A stretch of DNA of 64,000 nucleotides. Source: Tubiluchus corallicola (lineage: Eukaryota > Animalia > Priapulida). The stretch is from contig JAQGDQ010000375.1 of assembly GCA_030141605.1 (NCBI GenBank), positions 1 to 64,000 on the forward strand, in the 5' to 3' direction. Below the pieces are notes generated by a model, which was given only the letters and a program-made list of their open reading frames with translations, was not told the origin of the DNA and searched no databases. The translations under genes were made by a program, and so were the position numbers. Below are positions 45,201-64,000 of this stretch, piece after piece (within the stretch, counting starts at the first letter, position 1; each line of letters starts with the position of its first letter).

Positions 45201-46229
45201 TAAGTCAGCACGTAAGAAATAGTAAATCGTACATAGAAAGCAAGTTCATTAATTACTCATCACGTCACAATGAAGAGAACTTTTGTAATACTAAGTCGAT
45301 GGGAAGTTAAGTAGATTATTTAGCAAAATAGCTATCCCAACGTTTATTAAAAGTTTCCGGGCGACTCTGACAGTTGCGTAACTGCTGCATAAGTGCACAC
45401 AATTTCCACTACCCAGCCCTGGATACGATGGAATTATTTGCACGACTGGTGGAAAATTTTGGCGATTAAACAAGTCTTTTATAAGAGCACTCACACAGCA
45501 GTTCTTTCTCAAGGCCTTCAGATGGAAAACTTCCTTTAAAATGCTGGCATCATTAAATATTTTATGAATGGGTATCAAATGGACGACTTATAGACTTTGC
45601 ATAACATCCAGCAGATTACAATGTTGGAGATTTGTCAATAACACATAAAAAACTTCATAAATTTAGATCTTACACGTGGGTAATTTTATTTTGGAGTTTT
45701 CTCAAGCTAACGATATATCTTTCATCGATTTCCTTAAAATTTTCCTGACATAAAATTAATTTGTTTTTGTCATAAATCTTAAGGCAAATATCTGTGTACG
45801 CTATGTCATGCAGCATTGAAAACTACAGATTTTATTATAAATAATTCGAACATAATTCCCACAGTTTAAAAGTCTATAAAGTATGTTCCCAATTTCAAGT
45901 TTCAAATGACGTTTTAAGTACTACTATTTAAGTTTTTGTTGTCTTAAATTAACAGTAATTGTTTAGTGTTACATATTCCGTATCTGAACATAAATGAATA
46001 AATATTTGTTTCAGCATAGCATAGTGTGTGCTGCTTCAACTTACTTTAGTTTTTCTGTTTATTTCAGCTTATAACAGCTTATATTTAAATACATGTATAC
46101 GATGTACATTAGAAAACTAAATTATTCTACATAATGTTAAAAATCACTGTAATATTTACTTACATTAACTTGTATGCATGTGGAATGTTTATCACTGCGT
46201 ATCGTTTGCTGCTTGAGTGGAGATGACAT
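27962..46229 (-). CDS. Group II PLP-dependent acidic amino acid decarboxylase (CSAD/GADL1/aspartate 1-decarboxylase-like), about 536 aa, 14 coding exons
   Basis: Exons (high-low) 46229-46164, 42739-42527, 41847-41754, 41639-41549, 41252-41146, 38783-38668, 35763-35629, 35245-35129, 33216-33152, 32661-32583, 32066-31867, 29707-29653, 28851-28762, 28144-27962. All GT-AG and in frame, total 1611 nt. Motifs: [71 protein letters not shown] lysine [44 protein letters not shown] and GGS (rather than NQLS and GGA) point to the CSAD/GADL1 type, not GABA-forming GAD. The first coding exon is less certain; there is an alternative in-frame ATG at 46238. Confidence 0.93.
33324..33396 (-). pseudogene. tRNA-derived SINE head or tRNA pseudogene
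   Basis: Minus strand GGGTTTATAGCTCAAGTGGCTAGAGCATATGCCCTGAAACCACAACGTTCTGGGTTCAAATCCTGGTTGACTC: A box, intact D stem (GCTC/GAGC), B box GGTTCAAATCC, but the anticodon stem does not pair. Confidence 0.6.
34628..34815. mobile_element. Old Tc1/mariner-type MITE
   Basis: TACAGGGTGTTCTAAAAGAAACAG vs CTGTTTCTTTGGGAACGCCTTATA (19/24 inverted match), TA ends. Confidence 0.45.
35043..35120. repeat. 38-bp tandem duplication
   Basis: AGCATGTCAGCATGATTTATATGGGACATGAAGCAACT x2, next to a splice donor. Confidence 0.85.
35323..35511. repeat. About 88-bp tandem duplication
   Basis: GATGACACTAGCTTCATACAATAAAACTTCTAAGCAAATAAAA... repeated about twice. Confidence 0.75.
36274..36675. repeat. Compound (GA)n/(TA)n/GACGGA microsatellite
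   Basis: Direct read. Confidence 0.97.
39251..39293. repeat. (TA)n microsatellite
   Basis: Direct read. Confidence 0.97.
39690..40670. repeat. 31/33-bp minisatellite, about 30 copies
   Basis: Unit TCACACTCATCCTTGTGCAGCATGCTACCTG (31 bp) and variant TCACAGTCTC.TCCTTGTGCAGTGTACTACCTG (33 bp). Confidence 0.95.
43177..43528. mobile_element. MITE-like element
   Basis: Inverted ends TATGATATACCAAAGCGCTTCAG / CTGAACCCTTTGGTGTATCATA, plus subterminal TCCAGCGTC and GGACGC motifs; no clear TSD. Confidence 0.45.
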
Positions 46230-47387
46230 TTCGATCATATAATACAAATCAGTGACAAACGTTCAGAATTTTTCTCTTCAAAATCAAATCTCGACGGTTA
46301 GATTTCCTGCCAAACATAAACAGATTTAAAAATATTATAAATAGTGTTGCGTGCCCACATAACCTTCAATATAATTGCCCATTTCCGAGATTCAAAGACA
46401 CAATTTGCCTATAAGAGGTTAGTAAAGATTTTTTGTGTTGCACATTTGAGCTTCAATTTTTATACTGTTATTATGAACATAAAATAATGAAGGCTGAAAC
46501 GGACAAGAATATGAAATGGTCACACATGAATGTCGTGGTAAATTTGGGATTTTGCTTTTTTACTGAAAAACTATTTTTCTAGTTTTGACTATAACTGAAA
46601 CGTTAGCCAAAGTCCGCAATATCAAGGTATCGTTGCTTTGGAGATGTCGACAGCCTATGCGTAGCTAAAATTAAAAGCTTGAGCTGTTTGTAATAACTTA
46701 TCCTTTCAGCAGTAAGCGAAAATTGAGTTAAAATAGTAATGCGTTTCATAAAAAGTATAAGAAATTCGGCGTTCACCGTTCAGCTGACAGTAACATGGGT
46801 TACTATGATAATCCTTTGTAGTAAGCGTCAGGTAAGTCAAATTGTGCTCTGGGCTAACGTTTGGTGTAAAAGCGATCTTTGCGACTGATGAGCGTCATCG
46901 AAAGTGTCACAGGAGGCAGACACAATTTGGTGAAGCATTACCCAATATAATGACAATGATACTTTGGATACTATACCTGTAGTAAATAAGTAACGATAGA
47001 TTTTGCCACCTATTTAGCTTTTTTTGTTCATGACGCCATTAATAAATATACTGAATGAAGCAAACAAACTGGCCTATTTCTGAATTTTATCAGTCATTTA
47101 CGCAGTTCACTAATGCAAATGCAAGACAAACTAACAGTACTGAACAGAACACTTACTCAAGCATGTGGTAAATTATACTCATTCGAAAATTAATGAAGTT
47201 TAGTGCATTTTCCTGATGACAGAAATTGTTAAAACAGTTTTTATTCACAAAATTTAATGACTGAATTCTCATTCAAATGACTTAAAAACGGGTATCCTAT
47301 TTCTTCTAATAACACAGTTTGATATTATATATTTTTTCTGTAGGACAAAATATTTTTTAAATACATGATATCGACAGCAAAACTCAC

Positions 47388-47650
47388 CTTTGTTAATTTT
47401 ATTCAGACAGTAGTTGTAGAGCAGACAAATCCCCGCCTCAAATACCCGCTTTTTATGCTACAGACAGGACTAGACGATGTTATTTCAGACTCAAGAGTTA
47501 TTATTTTTATCAGTGTCATCCGATAACCGGTGTACCACGTGTTCATAGGTTAGCACGTCTCTACTTTTAATACTCCACTCATGATAACAATATCAAGGCC
47601 GCGTGTAGATTTTCTGTAAGCCATTGCCGAGGTTTACATTCAACACACAG
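47388..47650 (-). other. Candidate non-coding first exon of the decarboxylase gene
   Basis: Strong donor AAG|gtgagt at 47388/47387. The next exon (46306-46164) has its own acceptor and a 5' UTR part, so an upstream exon is needed. The upper boundary is a guess. Confidence 0.4.
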
Positions 47651-47659
47651 ACCAGCTAA

Positions 47660-47790
47660 GATTTCGAGAACACGTCAAACACGTACCGTTTTCCATGCTT
47701 GCCTGCCGATGCAAGATTGTAGTACGCATGCGCAATTAGGTTTTCGAGAAACGCACACTCACAGTCAGTAGTATCGCACGGGCTTAATAA
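47660..47790 (-). promoter_or_regulatory. Possible promoter of the decarboxylase gene
   Basis: CpG-richer patch just upstream of the candidate first exon, with an NRF1-like motif TACGCATGCGCA (47723-47734). The same motif also occurs in an intron at 55086-55097, so it is not diagnostic alone. Confidence 0.25.
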
Positions 47791-48714
47791 TTTTCTAGTA
47801 GTAGCTGAGTCAGGCTGAGGGCAAGGACTTTACATGAATGAAGTTTCAAGTTTTTACCCCAACTTTAGTACCGTTTGGCAGTCACAAGTGCGGGATAATT
47901 TTACTTTTGTTCACTCCTTTATACCACGAAGTTCAATAGTTTTGTGCAGCTCTCTTTTTTTTGGTAACACGTACATCGGACCAGATTCATTTTTCTGTCT
48001 ACACACGTGGTGTTTGTAGCACATGACAAACAGTTTATTTTAACGTTGTCTTCTTTCTCTGAACTTGAACTGTTTTTAACCTGCTGCTGAGTGCTGAGTG
48101 TGTTGAGTATTTTGTGCTTTTGTTTTCTTCTTGTGACATTTTATGGGCTATACATTCATTTACTAATAATTAGTGATTGCTTTATCAATCTTAAAATCTA
48201 AAAAACATTTAGTGATTTTCTAGTGTTTTCTTTTCGTTTTTTCATCGTGTAGATTACATGGTGATCTACTGAAATTTTGTCTCTTTTCTATTTCTTTTTT
48301 GGGGATTTTTTAAATGTGAAATGAAATCTGTCTGTAATTATTGCCACCTTTGTGGAAAGTATGTAGGCCTACATTTGTTAGTCATGCAACTAAAGCACGT
48401 GAACTTGTTAACCAATGGTACTGCTGTTAATAAAACCTCTTGGTTTCTCTTCTTCTCCTCCTCCAAGCAATAGAGATTCCAACAATTTGTTCACTACGCA
48501 AGCCCGCGTTTGCACCTAAACCAACGGCATATTCCCTAGTCATAGAATTATATTTCATGTCATTTCTATAATACCGGTGTTCTAGTAAAACGATGTAGTA
48601 AATGTAAACTTTATAAAACTGTAGTCGGAACTAACTAATCATGAGAAATGAGAAATCACTGACCTACAATTTAGCTGTGTCCCTCCTCTCCCTCTCTTTC
48701 TTTGTGCACAGTTA

Positions 48715-48751
<37 letters not shown>

Positions 48752-49131
48752 TCGTTTACTAGTCCAGGGATAACCCCTTAAGTAAACCTAATATTTATTT
48801 CCAAGGTAGTTCAAATCTCGTTTGGTCGGCTCATTTTCAGTTGTTCCACGATGTGCTCAATTTTTAAACTCCGTGTGACAATTAATTCTACATAAACCAA
48901 GCAAGAATTTATTTACTACTGTTCATTAAATGCATCTCTCGTTTTCAGTTGGTAGATAACCTCGACCTAACCTCACCTCGTCACATACCAACAATGGTGG
49001 TCCTAGTTGTGGTTCTAGCTCAAAAACTGTAAAATTAGATAGAACTTAACGAAAAATAAATGAAAATCCTGCAGCATCTTGAAGTTGACTAAAAGTGGCT
49101 ACTAGATTTACTAAGTACAAGCAAACTGTCT

Positions 49132-50014
49132 CTTAATTACGGCCCTGTCAGAATCAAAATCGTAGGTTTTTTTTATGGCATTAAAATACCTACATTTTCA
49201 ACTACTGCCCAAAAATCTTTCTACGCATAAATAACTGTAATAATTGAAAATATAATTTATTTAAAGTAACTGTTTAGAAAGAATCTTTAGAAGCTAGGAT
49301 AATTACTTTCTCTTTATGTTGATTTTTTGACAGACTTGCAATTTCTTGTTCAAAACAGTGGCTAACTAACTGCACTGTTGTTACCACAGTAACAGCAAAC
49401 TATGTAAAACTAGTATATTTACAAGTGAGTAGCAACACTATGCAGTAAAAATGATTTAGGAGCGTCCTCTGCAGTTTAAAATAGAGAGTACTGAAGCTAC
49501 CGATCATGATGTCACATCATTGATGTGTTACAGTAAGTTGTTATCACACGTCTGTCAAGTTAATAAAAGAACTAACAAGTTCAGACCTCACCTTTGAACT
49601 GCAGGCCAGTGATTTTCCATCTGAAAATCTTATTAATATATAAGAGTGAAAATAAATCCCTTTGCATTTCATGCTGCCATGGGAAATCACGGGCCTGCAG
49701 TTAAAAAGGGGGCTTGCATTTGCTACTTTTTATATTAACGTGACAGACGTATGATATCACCGCACTGTAACACATCATGAAAGGTAGCTTCAGTACTCCC
49801 TATTTTAAACTGCAGAGGACGCTCCTTAGTCATTTTTGCTGCTCTACTAGTTTTGCACAGTTTGCGTTACTGTTACAGTAATAACAACTAGTTAACAATG
49901 TAACTTAACTTTTTTCAAAAGAACATTCTGGTAGTTGAAAAATGAAGCTCCTTGATTTGTTTTTTGATGCCACAAAATTACCTACGATTTTGACTCTGAC
50001 AGGACCCCAATTAA
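49132..50014. mobile_element. About 880-bp fold-back palindromic element
   Basis: Inner arms at about 49370-49620 and 49679-49895 (GGAGCGTCCTCTGCAGTTTAAAATAGAGAGTACTGAAGCTACC vs GGTAGCTTCAGTACTCCCTATTTTAAACTGCAGAGGACGCTCC). Outer arms CCTGTCAGAATCAAAATCGTAGGT vs ACCTACGATTTTGACTCTGACAGG. Confidence 0.75.
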
Positions 50015-50451
50015 GGAACAGTTTATTTTCACGTCCTGTACATGGTGCCACCATGAATACTGTCAGTCTATGTATTAGGCTACCTGCATTTATGACAAGC
50101 CAAATGTCCATTAAGTAGAAATATTTGGTTTTTATCAGCTATAAAAGCTTCGGTTCGAGTTATAAAAAACTATATATTATAAAAACATAGTTTTCTGAGC
50201 ATAACTTACTTAAGTTTTGTTGGCAAAAATTAAAATTACTTGGCGAACACTGTGATTTTCCATCCCAAGCTTTTCATAAATACAATTGTCTAACAAAATT
50301 ATGGCTTTCTGAAAAGATACGGAAATTTTGAACGAAACAATAATTTAGTAGCAAAATCCACGATTTCTGAACAAAACTAGGTTTTGCAAAGCGAATCTAT
50401 AGGGTATTTCCAATTATTGTATATTTGGCTATAATATACATTGTCCAAGAA

Positions 50452-50602
50452 CTTTCTACGCAAAAAACTGTGATAATTAAAAATATAATTTATTTAAAAA
50501 AAATTGTTTAGAAAAAATCTTTAGAAGGATAACTACTAGGTAAAATAATTTTCTCTTTCTCTTTAAGTTGATTTTTTGACAGATTTACAATTTCTGTTCA
50601 AA
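50452..50602. repeat. Direct copy of 49218-49352
   Basis: TTTCTACGCA..AACTGT..TAATT..AAATATAATTTATTTAAA...TGTTTAGAAA.AATCTTTAGAAG...GTTGATTTTTTGACAGA is present at both places. Confidence 0.7.
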
Positions 50603-50853
50603 ATTAACAACATTTTATTGTTACCGTTAGGGCATCCAGTAATCTCTGATTGAGCACAATGGACACTGATCGAAAACCGTGGCTTTTCCTCACACCGAAG
50701 CGCGAGTTACGTTAAATTTGTAGTCGTTTAATAGCGAAATTTCTATTGAGCATTAAATTTGTCCGGTTTGACATTTTTTGTCGAATGTGACTAACAAGCG
50801 AGCAGTAGAATTTTAACACCTAAACTCGGCTTAACCATATAAGCTTGAAAGGT

Positions 50854-59415
<8,562 letters not shown>

Positions 59416-59760
59416 GATCCTATTGCAACTGAAAAAATGTTGTTCCACAATTGAGTGAAAATAATAGTAAAATTCTGTTTTTTAACGACAAATGTGATGA
59501 TAAAGATTTAGATTAGATTAGGTTGCAATATTTGGTATAAAAAGCCGTATCATAACATGAAAACATTACACCACACTAAAATAAAATATTACAATAATAG
59601 CTACACTAAAATACTACTATATACAATAAACACAGTAAATAAAAATTCGTAGCTACCACGTTCGATGACTGCTATTTACAGTCTGCTGTTACACACCTTA
59701 AAATAAAGAGATTGCGTGATCGTGTGGAGATGAACACAGATAAAGATTAAGTTGACAAAG

Positions 59761-59857
59761 ATGATGATGATGATGACGACAATGATGACAATACTTACGA
59801 TGATGATGATGATAATGAGTATGATGAAGATGGCGACGATGACAATGATATGACGAT
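59761..59857. repeat. (GAT)n degenerate repeat
   Basis: Direct read. Confidence 0.85.
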
Positions 59858-61802
59858 GGGAGCCAGTATCACATGTATGTGTATGTATAAATTTCATATG
59901 TATATTCATACATTTGTATAACGTGTATAACAACGCAACAAGCAAAAACGTTGTAAAACAAATACAAACAAAATGCAAAACTACAATTTAATTCGAGCAA
60001 ATTAAATTGGTACCACTTAAGTCAGACGTAAAAGAATCCGGCTATGATGTTGAGCACATTACTGCGGCCTCATCGGTTCTGAAATTTAAAAAGCTAAAGC
60101 ATTTCTTAATGACAGTTGGAATAAAGCGTTCATTGCTTAAATCCCTTCATAAAAATTTGATCAACCAAGGGTGTCGTTTCATCAGCATCAATATTTTATT
60201 CAAAAACTGAGAAAACTTGGAACAGCAACAGATTGTTAGAATTTAATAACCAAAGTTTTTTTCAAACAATGCTGTCAATTTAACATGTGTACTCTTCCTA
60301 ATATTGTAACAAACATTCAAAAATTTAAAACTGCTGTCTTGTTAATACTAACTTTAATTCGTTTTATTCAATGTCTTGCCTTATTATCGCGATTGCTCAC
60401 GAATCACTGTTTTTATCGCCTGTGCCTACATGCAGTGTCTGTTGGTTTTGTGTTTAGTATTGTCTGTGCTATCTTCGCAACTTCCAGCTTATTAAGATTT
60501 TAATATGTCTGGCATCGATACGTCTTAGATTACGTGTAACTTTTATTAAAATTTTTAAACAAATCATTAATATGAATAAATAAAGAACAGGTATTTAATT
60601 GGTGAAAGCTTTGTTTAGTTTTGATATTTTAAGATTAATGAAGTTAGCTAATAAATAATATAAATTAGAGCTAATTTTGTATGGCGAATCAATGTTACAT
60701 TTTTTAAAGAAAGTTATACTGACAACATAAGCAATGAATATTTAAAAAGTTCCACTATAGCGCATCACTATTCATAATAAAATTTGTGAGACTTCACGGA
60801 TAGCAAATTGCGAAAAAACAGCGAATAATCTAGTTTAAAAATCGAAAACTTATGTAAACAGCGGAACGAATTAAGCTCGATTCTACTTTATTTTGGAGTA
60901 ATCATCCTGGCGCTATCTTCCACATAATTTTTTTTTATTTTACGATAACCTTCAAGTTTCCAATCTTCGTCCGAACCTACAGTCCTACATGCTGCTTACA
61001 AACTACAAAAGAATCGTCAGTCAAAATCTCAGGAAAAATTCATGAACAACGGGAAAGCGAGTACAGTAGCCACGGGTATTGACCTGAAAAATGCGTCCTA
61101 TTTAAAGTGGCAGCAAAGCAGAAAGCTCAGTCACTTACCGTATGTAGAATGTTGTACAAGCCAAATGTTCAGCTATTGATGATGAAAAAACGTGACGACT
61201 TCTAACAAATTAAACGGAACAGAATAATAGTGGCATAAAACATGTGTGGAGCTTTTAGTTGCCGGTGAAGGTTAACCGATAGTCGTTTGCGCCTTGAAAC
61301 TTTAAAGTTGTTTAATTGTGATGTGCAAAAACGTTTCGCAGAAGAAAGTGAATTTTCCGGTTTGTTAATGTGTGTTGCTGTCATAAAGTCGTCAAACCGT
61401 GCCCAAGGCGTCAAAACAGTCAGGTAACAACTTGGGTTAAAATTTAGTTAAGAAAAAAGAATTCGGTAAACCTTAGCATCTATATACGTGTGAAACATAT
61501 GTACGGATTAGTGTTACAGCGAACTTTGGTTGCCTGTCATATCATTGCCCAACAAGAATGAAGTACGTGGTTAATTAGTAAATCAAGAGAATTTCAGAAG
61601 CTGAACTATAGTAAAAAATAAATGTAGGACAAGTTATGTAAAAGACATTTCCATTATTGTAAGTGATTGGAGTATGTCAGACACAATGTATTATATCATC
61701 AACTTTATCACTATCAGATTATGTTATCCACACAGAAAAATTTTTCAACGCACAGACACGCACGCACGCACACACACACAGTAAGCGGCAATTTGCTGTG
61801 CA

Positions 61803-61951
61803 GACATTTCTACGCATTGACATTTGGACACAGATGTTTCACCTTAAACTTTTGGATACAGTTGTCCTTTGGACAAATATAGGCACTTTGGGAATTTGGA
61901 CTCAAGACATTTGGTCACACAGGTGATTTGGACACAAGGTATTTTGGACAC
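61803..61951. repeat. Degenerate GACATTTGGACAC repeats (probable subterminal array of a DNA element)
   Basis: TTTGGACA-type motif recurs about 7 times; the parent element was not delimited. Confidence 0.55.
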
Positions 61952-64000
61952 GTAGACTAGTTCGTCCTTATTCATAAAATTATCACGTCAAAATTTCAGC
62001 TTGACCTTGGGACGTCATCTTAGGAAATAACTTGAAGCCGTGATTTTTTTTAATCCAAATGTCTCTTGTTTCAAATCCAGTCTCAGTCCCGACTTTTCAG
62101 TTCATTCAGTTTGATTTCAAGTTTCATTCATTGTCGATTATTCCACCATGCAAAATGCGTAATTCAATGATTTTGCAAATCCAACACTTGGGTTTACTGA
62201 TCTTAGTAGTTTTTCAATAGAAATAGAAGACCTGAACTACATTTATGAAAAGATAAAAACGTCAAATCTTGGTAATGCACACCTACTTAGCTAATCTTGC
62301 TAATTACATTGTCGAAATCATAAACCAACTCCATACGTAGAATAACCTGCCGAATATTACCCTGACAACTAAAATTTCGAAGCGGCAAATTTGTGAAAAC
62401 GTTTGGTTTCCGGGCTCTGCATGTTAGACCGAATCAGAAATGAATATGCGTCTGTGCTCGTTTGTATTGTAAACTGCTGCTTACTGTGAGACTGTAGAAT
62501 TTTCAAGTGTGGTTAACCGGTTAGAGCAACAGACAACATTTAGGTGGGTACAACTATCCAAGTGAGACTGGCGAGGCAGAAATTTTGAGACCAAATGCGT
62601 GCATCAATACAGGAACTGTAAATGTTATGGATTAATACAAACCCAGTGTCACGTGGGTTTGCTACACAACTTTCGCATCACTTAGAAAATATACGATATA
62701 ATCTAGGAATATAGGTCAATGATTAAATATGCAGTGTATGTGTAGTAATGATTTGCATCTTTCTTGTGAGTCGAAAATGTGGATTTGCTGAATACATTAG
62801 GTGTATGGGCTATTATTTCCCATTACTTGTGTTTTACTAGAGCATCTTTTGGCAATTTAAAAAATTATGTTCAGTGTGCAGAATTTATTTTAGCACCAAT
62901 AAATTTGGTGAAGTGCATATCCACAGTGTCCAAAGGGAGACAGTGACAAAAATTACAGGTAAAACCATTGTGGAGAAAACTAATCGATCGGCGTTCAAAA
63001 TATAAATGTTACATGTCTGCTATAGGAGCCATTTAAGTGTAAAATAGAAGCTATTCATAGTTAACAAAAATACCAGTAGGTCGCAACAATAAGTAAAACA
63101 GTCGAGGAAAAGCATGTAATAATCTAATCTAATTTCCTTCTGTCCCTCAGCAATGATACTTTTTGTGTGTCAGACTTTTGTGCAAGTTTCACTTATTGTT
63201 ATATAGTTTTCTCAATGTGCCAAGAACCGTTGCCATTATGAAATAAAAAAGTATCTATGATGTTGGTACTTTAATTTGTGATCAATAAATTCAGAGGCAA
63301 ATATATAAGGTTATAATGTCTAGACTTTCAGATATACCTAAGTTTATAACGCTGATACTATAGTAATGTGGGCTCCATTTATTAACAGTTTCCTGTTATT
63401 GTAGTGTACCTGGTGTCTAGGGGATGTCACACTCACAAATAGGTAACAGACTTTCGATGCTGTCATTAAAAATTACTACGAAATGTAATATTCAATACCA
63501 GCGAGCTGTGCAACCCGTCCCTATATAATATATGTGTGCGTCCATTTGTATGTACTTATCTGTGGCGCAACATAAAGTTGAATACTGAATCTATGATAAT
63601 TATTACATTTATTAAATAACTAACAAAATATCCAAGCTTTTAACAACATATACTATAATTCTTGGCCAACTCCAATTGATTACAATAAGGTATAAGCATG
63701 CATCATTCAGCTCTCTAACCATGCATTTAACTTGACAATTTTAACTATAGCTTCATTTTAATAAGTGTGTTGAACCTAGTTCTTAAGTTTACAACAGAAT
63801 TTGTAATACTTTGATCGCTATACACGCTATTAAGCTCGTATTTACGAATGCATACAGCTCTTTCCATTTCTGATAGATGATATGCAGCGGTTACGTTAGC
63901 AGTAATAATTTTACAAGACTGCGCAACGCTTGCACTATAATTCGCTCACGCTAAGTAACCTTTAGACAATATTTCGCCGCTAAAATATAATTCGTCTACT

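Noticed and set aside
27962-46229. GABA-synthesising GAD ortholog
   Set aside because: An aromatic residue in NQLY, NTS rather than NTN, and GGS rather than GGA fit the CSAD/GADL1 type.
61084-61200. Upstream non-coding exons of the C1A gene (donor at 61138, acceptor at 61084)
   Set aside because: An acceptor at 59429 implies an upstream exon exists, but I could not build a consistent chain to it from sequence alone.

Overview
AT-rich, microsatellite-rich, intron-containing animal (invertebrate-like) genomic DNA. Almost all ORFs in the supplied track are spurious or exon fragments. By following GT-AG splice sites and frame, I reconstructed three multi-exon genes. (1) + strand: cuticlin-like ZP-domain membrane protein (about 392 aa, 10 coding exons, 8484-24707). 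(2) - strand: group II PLP-dependent acidic amino acid decarboxylase of the CSAD/GADL1/aspartate-decarboxylase type (about 536 aa, 14 coding exons, 27962-46229), with an atypical Y-x19-S-x-A substrate-selectivity motif. (3) - strand: secreted papain-family (C1A) protein (about 532 aa, 8 coding exons, 50854-59415). Its whole catalytic triad is replaced (Cys>Ser, His>Ala, Asn>Pro), yet the ORF, I29 propeptide and two core disulfides are intact. It also carries a long cationic low-complexity N-terminal arm, a furin-type site and a Cys-rich tail. This pseudo-protease is the most interesting object in the window. Introns and intergenic DNA hold hAT-, Harbinger- and Tc1-type MITEs, two long fold-back palindromes, tRNA- and possibly 5S-derived SINE heads, and several minisatellites. 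All gene models and alignments were made by eye and need RNA-seq and HMM confirmation.
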